Source of the DNA: Squalus acanthias
Taxonomy: Eukaryota
Reading direction: 5' to 3'
Length of the DNA: 64,000 bases
Assembly (NCBI GenBank): GCA_030390025.1
Contig: JASTWF010000033.1
Span: 4,466,001 to 4,530,000, forward strand
Of the stretch, positions 13,881-27,239 are shown piece after piece (position 1 is the stretch's first letter; each line of letters starts with the position of its first letter). The position numbers and the translations under genes were made by a program. Under the pieces are notes generated by a model. The model saw only the letters and a list, made by a program, of their open reading frames with translations. It searched no databases and was not told the origin of the DNA.

Positions 13881-14259
13881 TTCAATTCCTCCCTCTCATT
13901 AGACAGGATGAATATTGGGCTGTGGTTATTGATTATTCCACTTCTGTAACTGATTAAGGTTTGACGAACCAGTTCTTACCTCTGATTCAGAGTCTCTGCA
14001 CTGGTAACCTGCAACAATCTCTGGCCTTAGCTCAGTGAGGTGTGTCCCTGCGAGGAGAGACATGCATAACTGATGAACATGTATATCAGGTTTTCATAAT
14101 ACACATATCAGTCCCGAGGGCAGTAAATAATAGCATTAATAAATTGATAAAAATGTAATATGTATAGCAATGCCTCAATAAATAAAACACTTCAATATCC
14201 GCAATGATTAAATGAACTGATGAATGTGATTAATTTGTACTCAAGTTACGGAGAACTCC

Positions 14260-16400
14260 TTCGAATTTACAGCACAAAACAGGCCATTCGGCCACACTAG
14301 GTTATGCCAGTGTTTATGCTCCACAGGAGCCTCCTCCCACCCCTCTTCATCTCACCCGATCAGCATAACCTTCTACTGCTTTCTACCTCGTGTACTTCTC
14401 TCGCTTCCCCTTAAATGTATCTCTGCTATTCGCCTCAAGTATTCCAAGTTGTAGGGAGTTCCACATTCTAACCAATCTCTGAGTAAAGACATTTCTCCTC
14501 AATTCCGTATTGCATTTATTAGTGACTCTCTTTTATCGATAATCTCCAATTTTGCACTCACGTCACGAGTATAACCATTTAGCTATGTTACCCCTTCAAA
14601 ATTTAAAGGCCTCTATTAGGCCACCCCTCAGCCTTCTCTTTTGTAAAGAAAGGAGCCCCAGCCTGTTCAATCTTTCCTGATGGTTATAATGTCTCAGTTC
14701 TGGTGTCATCCTTGTAAAAATATTACACGTTCTCCTGAGCCTTAATATCCTTTATGTAATATGGAGATCAGAACTGCACACAGTACGCTCAGTGTGGTAT
14801 AACCAAGGTTCGATATAAGTTTAAGCTAACCACTTTGCTTTACGATTCTATTCTTCTAGAAATGAACCCCAGTGCTTTGTTTCCATGTTTATGGTCATGT
14901 TAACATGCGTTGCTACTTTAAATGATTTGTTAATCGGTGCCCCTCTATCCCATTCCCACTCGGATTTCCAAGGAGTATTTGGGAAACTTATTCTTCCTAG
15001 CAAAATGCAGTACCTCTCACTTAGCTATATTGAAATTAATTTGCCATTTAAACGCCCTTTCTGCAAGTGTATTAATGTCTGCAGCTATTGTGTTGCATTC
15101 TTCCTCTGTATTAACTGTACTTCCAATTTGGATTCATCTGCAAATTTTGAATTTGTTCTTCTGCTTCCCGATTCAATATCGTTTATGTAAATGGTGAACA
15201 ACAATGATTGCAACGCCGATCCTTGTGGAACATCACATCTCACCATCCACCTATCTGAGTAAATAGCTTTTTCCACTACTCCATATTTTCTGTTCTTGCA
15301 GCCATCTTGCTATCCATTCTGCTGCTTGTCTCCTAACTCCACTTGCTCTGTGATTCAGTCTGCTATGTGGTGCCTTATCGAATGGCTTTAAAAAATCAAA
15401 TATATCTCCTGCATAACCCTTATCTAATCTTTCTGATACTAATTCAAATAATTCACTAAGGTTACTCAAGCAAGACATTCCAAAGGGGGTGCAGGAACAG
15501 ATGGACCCGGGGGTACATGTACAAAAATCGTTGAAGGTGGCAGGGCAAGTTGAGAAAGCGGTTAAAAATGCTTACTGGAATCTTAGCTTTCTAAATAGAG
15601 GCATATAGTACAAAAGCAAATAAGTTATGATAAACATTTATGAAACATTGTTTCCGTCACAACAGGAGTATTGTGTCCAATTCTGGGCACCGCACTTTAG
15701 GAAGGGGTATGAAGGCTTTAGAGAGGGTGCAGAAAAGATTCACAAGAATGTTTCCAGGGATGAGGGACTTCAGTTATGTAGATATACTAGAGAAGCTGGA
15801 GTTGTTCTCAGCAGAGCAGAGAAGATTGAGAGGAGATTTGATAGAGGTGATCAATATCATGAGGGTTCTAGACAGAGTAGACAGAGCAGATGGAGAGAAG
15901 CTGTTCCCATTGGTAGAACGGTCAAGAACCAGAGGGCGCAGGTTTTAGGTGATGTGCTGAAGATCAAAAGGTGACATGAGGAAAAACGTTTTAAGGCAGC
16001 GTTGGGTTATGATCTGTAATGCACTGCCTGAAAGGGTGGTGCAGGCAGATTCAATCGTGGCTTTCAAAAGGAAATGGGATAAGTACCTGAAGGAAAAGAA
16101 TTGCAGGGCTACGGTGAAAGGGCAGGGATTGGGATTAGCTGCAGTGCATGTGCAGAGAGTGAGCACGGGTTCGACAGGCCGAATGGCCTCCTTCTGTGCT
16201 ATAACCATTCTATGATTTCCTTTTGGAAAACCTGCTGACTACTCGTTATTATATTTTGTGTTTCTAGATGTTTTTCTGTTACATCTTTGAGTAAGGATTC
16301 CATTAACTTTCCTACCATCGGCGTTATGCTGACTGGTCTGTAGATCGATGGAATTGTTCTATCTTCCATTTTAAATACAGGAATAACATTTAAATGGTGA
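14260..16400. mobile_element. Cluster of old CR1-clade LINE fragments (minus about 14260-15480; plus about 15480-16215; minus about 16215-16400)
   Basis: Degenerate DVPQGSAL, KFAD, EYCVQFWAPH and YRPVSIT motifs. Confidence 0.7.
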
Positions 16401-16499
16401 ACCACAGTGATCTTCCATTCCCTTCCTCGACTTCTCGATCTTCATTTCAGGGTCTAGGCCATCCACCAATATCTACTATAATCCCACCAACTCCCACAG

Positions 16500-17795
16500 G
16501 AATCTTGAGTAGACTTCCTCCCACCCGGCTTCCTTGAAGGGCTATATTCTATTCTCAAAGTTTCTCCGCCACCGTTGCATATGTTCTGACGATGCCACCT
16601 TTCACACCAATGCTTCCGAAATGTCTTCATATTTCCTCAGCCGAGTACTCACCTCCATTGTGAATGACAGGGCCCTCGACCGTGTCAATCTGCATTGCTC
16701 CCATCACCCCTTGTCCTCAGCTTCCACTGCACCAGCCTTCACGTTCAACTGATCATCCTCTGCCATTTCCATCATGTCCTGCTAAGGCCAACAACAAACA
16801 TATCTTCTCCTGCACTCCCATCCCCCCGGCCCTCGCAACACCCTGGTCCACTCTTCCATCACCACTAACATCTGCTCCCCTTCCCGGCACCTTCCTATGC
16901 AAGCGCAGGAGATGCAACAGCTGCCCTTTCCCATCTTTCCATCCCACCAGCCAAGGCCCCAAACATTCCATCCACGTGAAAGACTAATTTACTTGTACTT
17001 CCACCAATTTAGTAAATCATACTCGCTGCCCACGATCCAGTCCCCTGTACATTGGGTGGACTAAGCACAGATTGGGTGATTGATTTGCTGAACGCCTCCG
17101 TTCAGTCCACAAGTGTGATCCAGAGCTTCAGATCACTTCCCACTTTAATTCTACATCCCACTCCCACTCTGAACTCTCTGTTCTCGGCCTCCTGCACTGT
17201 TCCCATTTTAAACTCAATGAGGAACAGCACCTTATTTTTCGATTCGGCATTTTATTGCCTGCCGGATTCAACACTAAGTTTAAAAACTTCAGATCATAAC
17301 CTCCGCTCCCGTTTTCTCGGACGACATGTGCAGGTAATGGAGGTTGGCTCCACCAGAGCCACTGGGAGTGGAGGAGGTTTGGGCTGGGGCTTGGGGTGGC
17401 GATCCTTGTACATGGTCAGCGGGCTGGCCCAAACACCTGGGGTACACCCAACTTTCTCTGCCACATGTGCCTTACTACCCCTACCACTTGTTATTCTGCT
17501 GTAACCATTTACACCTCCTCTAGACCCATCTTCTGTTACTTTAATTCACCCATTCGCCTTGCACCATCATCCCTTTAGTCATTGAATCACTCCTGCCCTC
17601 CAACCAATCACAGAGATTCCAATTTTTTCTATCCTTATGCTAAAGCACTTTTCTGTGACTCTATCATTGCTTTAATACTGATAATATCTGGAATCGTCCA
17701 GTTCTGATGAAAGGTCATGGACCTGAAATGTTCACTCTGTTTCTCTCTGCACAGATGCTGCCTGACCCGCTGAGTGTTTTCAGAATTGTCTTTTT
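16500..17795 (+). mobile_element. Degenerate Penelope-like element (GIY-YIG region plus pLTR)
   Basis: FLRHRCICSDDATFHT and CKRRRCNSCP; terminal GTTCTGATGAAAGGTCATGGACCTGAAA at 17701. Confidence 0.8.
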
Positions 17796-17799
17796 TAAT

Positions 17800-19825
17800 A
17801 AATTAAAGCTAGTATTAAGTAAATGGAGGAAGCTTATAAAGTTGCCACAAAACACAGTCAGCCTGAGGATTGGGATCTTTTAGAAATCAGCAAAGGGGGA
17901 CCAAGAAATGGATAAAGAAAGGGAAAATGGAATATGAGCACAAATTAGCGAAAAATATAAAAACGGATTGTAAAAGCTTCTATAGGTATGTGAAAAGGAA
18001 AAGACTGGTGAAGGTAAATGTAGGTCCTTTACACTCAGAGATAAGATCATTTATAATGGGGAATGAGGAAATGTCCGAGAAATTAAATAAATACTTTGTT
18101 TCTGTCTTCACGGAGGAAGACACAAAAAACCTCCCAGAAATACAAGAAAACTAAGGGTGTGGCGAGAATGAAGAACATAATGAAATTATTATTAGTAAAA
18201 AAAACAGTACGAGCAAAATTAATGGAACTAAAATTCGATAAATCTCAAGGACCGGATGACCTACTTCCTCGGGTGTTGTAAGAGGTGGCCATTGGGATAG
18301 TGGACGCATTGGTTGTCATCTTCCAAAATTCTATAGATTATGGAATGGTTCCTGCAGATTGGAGGATAGCAAATGTAACCCCGCTTTTTAAGAAAGGAGG
18401 GAGAGAGAAAAGGGGAACTACAGACCTGCTAGTCTCACATCAGTCGTTGGGAAAATGCTGGAATCTATTATAAAGGATGCAATAACTGGGCACTTAGAAA
18501 CTAATAGTAAGATTGGGCAGAGTCAACATGGATTTATGAAAGGGAAGGCCTGTTTGACAAACCTATTGGAGTTCTTCGAGGATGTAACTACTGGAGTAGA
18601 CAAAGGGGAACCGGTAGATGTGGTGCATTTGGATTTTCAGAAGGCCTTCGATAAGGTCCCACACAAGAGGTTGGTGAAAAAAATTAGGGTACTTGGAATT
18701 GGGGGTAATATAATAGCATGGATTGAGAATTGGTTAACAGACAGGAAACAGAGTAGGGATAAATGAGTCTTTTTCAGGATGGCAGGCTGTGACTAGTGGG
18801 GTACCGCAAGGATCGGTGCTTCGGCCCCAGCTATTCACAATCTATATCAATGATTTGGATGATGTGACTAAATGTAACATTTCCAAATTTACTGATGACA
18901 CAAAGCTAGGTGGCAGTGTCAGTTGCGAAGAGGATCTGAAGAGGGTTCAAGGGGATGTTGACAGGCTCAGTGTGTGGGCGAGAACATAGCAGATGGATTA
19001 TAATGAGGATAAATGTGAAGTTATCCACTTTGGTCGAAAGAACGGAAAGGCAGAGTATTTCCTAAATGGTGAAAGATTGGGGAATGCAGATGCTCAAAGG
19101 TACCTGTGTGTTCTTGTACATGATTCACTGAAAGTGAATGTGCAGGTGCAGCAAGCCATTAGGAAGGCAAATGGTATGCTGGCCTTCATTACAAGAGGAT
19201 ACTTGCGTACAGGAGTAAAGAAGTCTTGCTCCAATTCTATAGGGCCTTGGTAAGACCACACCTGGAGTACTGTGTACAATTGTGGTCTCCTTACATAAGG
19301 AAGGATATACTTGCCATAGAGGGAGTGCAACGAAGGTTCACGAGATTTATTCCTGGGATGACGGATCTTTCGTATGAGAAGAGATTAAGTAAACTAGGCC
19401 TGTATTCTCTTGAATTCAGAAGAATGAGAGGGGTTCTCATTGAAGCACACAAAATTATTACAGGGCTTGATAGGGTGGGTGCTGGGAGAATGTTTCCCTT
19501 GGCTCGGGAGTCTAGAACCGGGGGCCACAGACTTTGGATAAAGGGTAGGCCATTCAGGACAAGGATAAGAAGAAATTTCTTCACACAGAGGGTGGTAAAT
19601 CTTTCGAATTCTCTACCCCAGAGGGCTGTGGATGCTCAGTCATTGAGTATATTCAAAACAGGTCGATAGATTTCTGACTAGTAAGGACATCAAGGGATAT
19701 GGCGATAAGGCCGGTGAATGGAATTGAGGCAGAAGATCAGCCATGATCTCATTGAATGCGGAAGCAGGCTCGAAGGGCCAAATGGCCTACTCCTGCTCCT
19801 ATTTCTTATGTTCTTATGTTCTTAT
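17800..19825 (+). mobile_element. CR1-clade LINE, 5'-truncated ORF2 and 3' tail
   Basis: Successive RT ORF fragments at 17870-19669; tail TTCTTATGTTCTTATG. Confidence 0.92.
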
Positions 19826-20166
19826 CAGAATTAAAGCAGTCTCCGTATTTTGCATTTGCTCATATACTTCCGCCTGGTTATTAAGAGAGGCGGGTTATGT
19901 ACGATGGCCGGAGGGTACGGGGTGGATGTGGAATATCAGACAGGATGCCAGGAAGTCCAGCTATTCCCGGACGTCGGGGTGTCTTAACTCCACAGCATAC
20001 GTCCTTTCTCCTTGACTGGTTCCCCACCCCGGAAGTCAGCCTGATTGACAGTCGGGCTTCCAGTCGGACGGGGTGGGGGGACTCCGCGTCAGGACCAGGT
20101 AGGTCGGAAGGATGAAACTGGGTTGGATGGGGCGTCTGAACCCGCGATGTTTCCGATTAAAGACAA

Positions 20167-22165
20167 GGGGATTTGACCTGTCCCGGGGGGTGTGACCGGT
20201 CCCCAGGGGGTTTGAACGGTTCCGGGACTTTGACTGGTCCCGGGGGATTGACCGGTCCCGGGAGTTTGACCGGTCCCGGGGGTTTGACCAGTCCCTGGGG
20301 TTTGACCGGTCCCGGGGTTTGACTGGTCCCGGGGTTTGACTGGTTCCGGGTGGTTGACCAGTCCCGGGATTTCACCGGTCCCGGGGTTTGACCGGTCCCG
20401 GTGTTTGTCTGGTCCCATGGGGTGTGACCGGTCCCGGGGGTGTGACCAGTCCCGGGGGTTTGAACGATCCCGGTGGTTTGATCGGTACCGGGGATTTTAC
20501 CGTTCCCGGGAGTTTGACCCGTCCAGGGGGTTTGACCGGTCCCAGGGGTGTGACCAGTCCCGGGGGTGTGACATGTCCCGGGGGTTTGACCAGTCCCGGG
20601 GGTTTGACTGGTCCCAGGGGTTTGACTGGTTCCGGGTGGTTGACCAGTCCCGGGGGTTTGACTGGCCCCGGGGGTGTGACCAGTCCCGGGGGTTTCACCA
20701 GTCCCGAGGGTTTGACCGGTCCCAGGGCTGTGACCGATCCCCGGGGGTTTGAACAGTTCAGGGACTTTGACTGGTCCTGGGGGATTGACCGGTAACGGGG
20801 GTTTGACCGGTCCCGGGGGTTTGACCGGTCCCGGGGGGTTTGACCGGTCCCGGGGGTTTGACCGGTCCCGAGGGTTTGACTGGTTCAGGGTGGTTGACCG
20901 GTCCCCGGGGTTTGACCGGTCCCGGGGGTTTGACCGGTCCCGGGGGTTTGACCGGTCCCGGGGGTTTGACCGGTCCCGGGGGGTTTGACCGGTCCCGGGG
21001 GTTTGACCGGTCCCGAGGGTTTGACTGGTTCAGGGTGGTTGACCGGTCCCCGGGGTTTGACCGGTCCCGGGGGTTTGACCGGTCCCGGGGGTTTGACCGG
21101 TCCCGCGGGTTTCACCGGTCCCGGGGGTTTGTCCGGCCCGGGGGGGTGACCAGTCCTGGGGGGTGACCAGTCCCGGGGGTTTGACCAGTCCCGGGGGTTT
21201 GACCAGTCCCGGGGGGTGACCAGTCCCGGGGGTTTGACCAGTCCCGGGGGTTTGACCAGTCCCGGGGGGTGACCAGTCCCGGGGGTTTGATCATTCCCGG
21301 GGGTTAGACCAGTCCCAGGGGTGTGACCGGTCCCGGGTGTGTGACCGGACCCGGTGGTTTGACCGGTCCCGGTGGTTTGACCGGTACCGGGGGGTTTGAC
21401 CGGTCCCGGGGGTTTGACCAGTCCTGGGGGTTTGACCGGTCCCGGGGGTTTGACCAGTCCCGGGGGTTTTGACTAGTCCAGGGGTTTGACCGGTCCCTGG
21501 GGGGGTTAGACCAGTCCCGGGGGTTTGACCAGTCCCGGGGGTTTGACCAGTCCCGGGGGTTTGACCAGTCCCGGGGGTTTGACCAGTCCCGGGGGTGTGA
21601 CCAGTCCCGGGTGGGTGACCAGTCCCGGGGGTTTGACCAGTCCCGGGGGTTTGACCAGTCCCGGGGGTGTGACCAGTCCCGGGTGGGTGACCAGTCCCGG
21701 GGGTTTGACCGGTCCCGGGAGTTTGACCAGTCCCGGGGGTTTGACCTGTCCCGGGGGTTTGACCAGTCCCGGGGATTTGACCGGTCCCAGGGGTTTGACC
21801 ATTCCCGGGGGTTTTAGCAGTCCCGGGGGTTTGACCAGTCCTGGGGGTTTGACCAGTCCCGGGGGTTTGACCGGTCCTGGGGGTTTGACCTGTCCCGGGG
21901 GTTTGACCTGTCCCGGGGGTTTGACCAGTCCTGGGAGTTTCACCAGTCCCGGAGGGGTTAGAACAGTCCCGGGGGTTTGACCAGTCCTGGGGGTGTGACC
22001 TGTCCCTGGGGTTTGACCAGTCCAGGTGGTTTGAACAGTCCCTGGGGGTTGTCTGGTTCCAGGGCTTTGACCGGTCCTGGGGTGTGTGGCCGCACCCGGG
22101 GGTTTGACCGGTCCCGGGGGTTTGACCGGTCTCGGGGGGTTGACCAGTCTTGGGGGCGTGACCAA
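20167..22165. repeat. 17-18-bp GC-rich minisatellite (GGGGGTTTGACC(G/A)GTCCC)
   Basis: Over 100 tandem copies; produces [12 protein letters not shown] and RGFDQS pseudo-ORFs. Confidence 0.95.
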
Positions 22166-22392
22166 TCCCCAGTCTTGGAGATGTCCGATCCGGATACAGA
22201 AACATAGAAACATAGAAGATAGGAGCAGTCAGTCTGTGCTGGTGTTTATCCTCCACATCAGTCACCTCTCATTGCATCTACCTCATCTCAGTCTATCAGA
22301 ATATCTTTCTATTCCCCTTTCTTGCATTTACTGGTTTAGTTTCAGTCTGAAATAATCTAAACTATTTTCCTCAAGCACTTCCTGTGGTAGTA

Positions 22393-23590
22393 ACATGGAA
22401 GATAGGAGCAGGAGTAGGCCATTCGGCCCCTCGAGCCTGCTCCGCCATTCGATGAGATCATGGCTGATCATCCAAACTCAGTACCCTGTCCCTGCCTTCT
22501 CCCCATATCCCTTGATACCTTTAGCTTTAAGAAATATATCTAACTCATTCTTGAATATATTTAATGACTTGGCCTCAACTACCTTCTGTGGTAAAGAATT
22601 CCACAGGTTCACCCCTCTCTGGGTGAAGAAATTCTTCCTCATTTCTGTCCTAAATGGCTTACCCCTTATCCTTAGATTATGACCCCTGGTTCTGGACTCT
22701 CCGACCATCGGGAACATTCTTCCTGCATCTAGTTTGACCAGACCTGTCAGAATTTTATATGTTTCGATGAGATCCCCTCTCATTCTTCTATACTCCAGCG
22801 AGTATTAGCCCAATCGACCCAATCTCTCCTCATATGTCATTCCTGCATTCCCAGGTATCAGCCTTGTGAATCTTCGCTGAACTCCTTCCATGGCAAGAAC
22901 ATCCTTCCTCAGATATGGCGACTCAAACTGCACACAGTACTCAAGGTGTTGTCTCACCAAGGCCCTGTACAACTGCAGCAGGACATCCCTGTTCCTATAC
23001 TCAAACTCTTTCGCTATGAAGGCCAACATACCATTTGCCTTCTTCATCGCCTGCTGCACCTGCATGCTCATCTTCAGCGACTGGTGCACAAGGACACCCA
23101 GGCCTCGTTGCACTTCCCCTTCTCCCAATCTATTGCCATTCAGATAATAGTCTGCCTTTCTGTTTGTGACACCAAAGTGGACAACCTCGCATTTATCCAC
23201 GTTATATTGCATCTGCCACGCTTCTGCCCACTCACCCAACCTGTCCAAATCATCCTGGAGTTTATCAGTATCCTCCTCGGAGCACACTCGCCCACCCAGC
23301 TTTGTGTCATCTGCAAACTTGGAGATATTACATTTAGTTCCCTTATCCAGATCATTAATGTATATAGTGAATAGCTGGGGTCCAAGGACCGATCACTGCG
23401 GCACCCCATTAGTCACTGCCTGCCACTCGGAAAAAGACCCATTAATTCCTACTCTCTGCTTTCTGTCCCCCAACCTGTTCTCAATCCAAGTCAATACCTT
23501 GCCCTCAATCCCATGTGCCTTAACTTTACACGCTAATCTCTTATGCGGCACCTTATCAAAAGCCTTTTGAAATTCCAAATACACCACATG
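22393..23590 (-). mobile_element. CR1-clade LINE 3' portion
   Basis: Minus-strand RT ORFs at 22478-23590; tail AAGATAGGAGCAGGAGTAGGCC. Confidence 0.9.
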
Positions 23591-23596
23591 CACTTG

Positions 23597-23921
23597 ACCC
23601 CAGGTTGCTATCCATGGCGGGTTTCGGGCGATGGGTAGAGTTTGGGGGGTGGGGGGCGAAATCATTCCCGCGGCTCAGGAAGCCCGGCCAGCCGTAGTTA
23701 AACCAGGAAAACAAGTTAAATCAGAGGCTGCCCGCCTGATTAAAATATTTAACTTGCCAACCCGCCTCCTGGGAGTGGTTCGCTGCCCGCCCCCTGTCCC
23801 GTCTCCGTTAAACTCGGAAGCGGGCGGGTTGGAGGCTGGTTGGGGTCGGGAGGATATTGTTCAATTTTAACCTCTGACCCGACCCCAACCCGCCGGTTTT
23901 TGGGGTGTTAAAATCCAGCCC
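23597..23921. mobile_element. Possible DNA-transposon (Harbinger-like MITE) remnant
   Basis: GC-rich with internal inverted motifs, ending AAAATCCAGCCC (TIR-like); the partner end was not clearly found. Confidence 0.35.
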
Positions 23922-23994
23922 TTACTGTCTGAGCTCAGAAACGGAGAATGTGTGATAGTAATTTCCAGTCTCTTTTCCCTTCTGTGTTTGACAG

Positions 23995-24896
23995 TGAATT
24001 TGCTGGCGATTGTGATCCTGTCCCGGGGAAAGTGCGGGCTCTCCACCTGCACCACTCGCTACTTGGTGGGCATGGCAGCGGCGGATCTCCTGCTCATTGT
24101 CACTGAGGTCATACTGGGGCGGATCAGAGGGTATTATTTCCCAGTGTCTTTCCTGGACATCACCCCTGTGTGTACTGTTCTCACTGTCCTGTCCAGTGCA
24201 GCCACAGACTGTTCTGTCTGGTTCACCGTCACTTTCACCTTTGATCGATTTGTGGCCATTTGTTGCCAGAAACTGAAAACCAAATATTGCACCGGGAAAA
24301 CTGCGGCTGTGGTTCTGGGAACAACCGGCACTCTGCTCTGTTTAAAAAACGTTCCCTACTACTTTACATTTCAAGCCGCGGAGATAATCGGCAATGTGCC
24401 GTGGGGCTGTGCTACAATCATAAACTATTTTACTGAGCCCGGGTGGGTGGGATTTGCCTGGTTTGACACGGTTTTAACCCCATTGCTCCCATTCGCTTTA
24501 ATTATTTTGCTCAACGCTCTGACAGTCAGACACATTTTAGTGGCCAGTCGGGTCCGTAAGGGACTGAGGGGTGACAGCAAGGGAGAGAATGGCAGAGACC
24601 CAGAGATGGAGAGCAGAAGGAAGTCTTTGATTTTACTCTTCACCATATCCGGCAGCTTCATACTGCTGTGGCTGCCCTCTGTTATAAATTTCTTATATTA
24701 TACCATTACAGGAACCATTTATTACACTGATTCTTTAGTAATCTTGCAACAAGTCGGAATTATGCTGCGGAATTTAAGTTGCTGCACGAACACATTTATT
24801 TATGGGGTGACCCAGTCCAAGTTCAGAGAGCAGGTGAAGAGGGCGGTGAAATATCCGCTTACCTCAATTATTCAATTAATTAATAATCAGAAATAA
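23995..24896 (+). CDS. Exon 2 of GPR139/GPR142-like rhodopsin-family GPCR (spliced product 322 aa)
   Basis: Polypyrimidine tract plus ACAG| acceptor at 23994; open frame with VNLLAIVIL, MAAADLL, FTFDRFVAIC, LWLP and NTFIY motifs; TAA at 24894-24896. Confidence 0.9.
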
Positions 24897-25440
24897 CTGA
24901 GCGCAGCCCAGAGGCGGCTCCCAGTGTTTCCAGCCCAGGAATGTAAGAGTCAGCCCCAGACTGCCACCCACTGAATTACACCAGCAATCGCTGGAGATCT
25001 GAAGATACAGCCAGCGGCGGGGCGAGCACTGTGTTTAGGACTCGGCGCTGTTTCTGACTGACATTTCCCACATTGTCTTTCGGGACAGGACCACTAGTTT
25101 GCTGCTTTCACTCTGAGCTATTCTGTAAAGTGTCCCTTTAGCGATTGAGGACAGCAATTCATTCGCAGCTTCCAGAGTAAGAGCCTGGTCAATAGGTAGG
25201 CAGACAGAACTGAGCTGTAGTTCAGAGGATTATATTACCTGGAATATACAGCACACAAACAGGCCATTCGGCCCAATCAGTCTGTGCTGGTGTTTTTGCT
25301 CCACGTCAGTCTCCTCTCATTGCATCTACCTCATCTCAGTCTCTCAGAATATCTTTCTATTCCCCTTTCTTGCATTTACTGGTTTCGTTTCATTCTGAAA
25401 TAATCTAAACTATTTTCCTCAAGCACTTCCTGTGGTAGTA

Positions 25441-26927
25441 ACATAGAAGATAGGAGCAGGAGTAGGCCATTCGGCCTCTCGAGCCTGCTCCGCCATTCGA
25501 TGAGATCATGGCTGATCATCCAAACTCAGTACCCTGTCCCTGCCTTCTCCCCATATCCCTTGATACCTTTAGCTTTAAGAAATATATCTAACTCATTCTT
25601 GAATATATTTAATGACTTGGCCTCAACTACCTTCTGTGGTAGAGAATTCCACAGGTTCACCACTCTCTGGGTGAAGAAATTCCTCCTCATTTCTGTCCTA
25701 AATGGCTTACCCGTTATCCTTAGATTATGACCCCTGGTTCTGGACTCTCCGACCATCGGGAACATTCTTCCTGCATCTAGTTTGTCCAGACCTGTCAGAA
25801 TTTTATATGTTTCGATGAGATCCCCTCTCATTCTTCTATACTCCAGCGAGTATAAGCCCAATCGACCCAATCTCTCCTCATATGTCATTTCTTACATCCC
25901 AGGTATCAGTAAGTGAATCTTCGCTGAACTCCTTCCATGGCAAGAACATCCTTCCTCAAATAAGGCGACCAAAACTGCACACAGTACTCAAGGTGCGGTC
26001 TCACCAAGGCCCTGTACAACTGCAGCAGGACATCCCTGTTCCTATACTCAAACCCTTTCGCTGTGAAGGCCAACATACCATTTGCCTTCTTCATCGCCTG
26101 CTGCACCTGCATGCTTACTTTCAGCGACTGGTGCACAAGGGCACCCAGATCTCGTTGCACTTACCCTTCTCCCAATCTATTGCCATTCAGATAATAGTCT
26201 GCCTTTCTGTTTTTGACACCAAAGTGGATAACCTCGCACTTATTTTCGTTATATTGCATCTGCCACGCTTCTGCCCACTCACCCAACCTGTCCAAATCAT
26301 CCTGGAGTTTTTCGATATCCTCCTCGCAGCACACACTCCCACCCAGCTTTGTGTCATCTGCAAACTTGGAGATATTACATTTAGTTCCCTTATCTAGATC
26401 ATTAATGTATATTATGAATAGCTGGGATCCAAGGACCGATCCCTGCGGTAACCCACTAGTCACTGCTTGCCACTTGGAAAAAGACCCGTTTATTACAACT
26501 CTCTGCTTTCTGTCCGCCAATCAGTTCTCTATCCAAGTCAATTCCTTGCCCCCAATCTCATGTGCCTTAACTTTACACGCTAATCTCTTATGCGGGACCT
26601 TATCGAAAGCCTTTTGAAAGTCCAAATACACCACCTCTACTGGTTCTCCCCTATCTATTTTACCATTTACATCCTCAAAAAATTCCAGTAGATTAGTCAA
26701 GCACGATTTACCTTTTGTAAATCCATGTTGACTTTGTCCGATCCTGTCACTGTTTTTCAAGTGCTCAGCCATTACATCCTTTATAATGGACTCTAGCATT
26801 TTCCCTAATACCGATGGCAGGCTTACCGGTCTGTAATTCCCCGCTTTCTCTCTACCACCCTTTTTGAATAGTGGGGTAACATTAGCTACCCTCCAATCCA
26901 TGGGTACAGTTCCAGATTCCATCGAAT
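25441..26927 (-). mobile_element. CR1-clade LINE inserted into an older LINE
   Basis: Minus-strand RT ORFs at 25526-26952; flanked by GTAGT at both ends; host sequence resumes GAGGTCCACATTCT. Confidence 0.9.
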
Positions 26928-27239
26928 GTAGTGAGGTCCACATTCTAGCCACTCTGAGTACAGAAATTGCTCCTTATTTCCCAATTGAATTTATTAGTAA
27001 ATATCTTGTATTTATGACCCCAAGTGTTGCATTCTCCCACAAGTGTAAACATTCTCTCCACATCTTCCCTGTCCAACCCATTCATAATTTTCAAGATCTC
27101 TATCAGACCTCAGCAAAGTCCTCTCTCTTCTGTAGCAGAAAGGCCCAACCTGTTCAATCTTTCCCGATAGCTGCAATCTTTCAGTTCTGGTGCCATCCAC
27201 CTAATTATTTGTAAGAACGAAGCTATTGGCCGACTTCAC

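Noticed and set aside
20089..22355. Pro/Gly-rich collagen-like ORFs
   Set aside because: They are translations of the 18-bp minisatellite, open in several frames on both strands.
23952..23994. N-terminus of the 314-aa ORF as a single-exon GPCR start
   Set aside because: GTG start within a polypyrimidine tract and acceptor; the upstream exon explains TM1 better.
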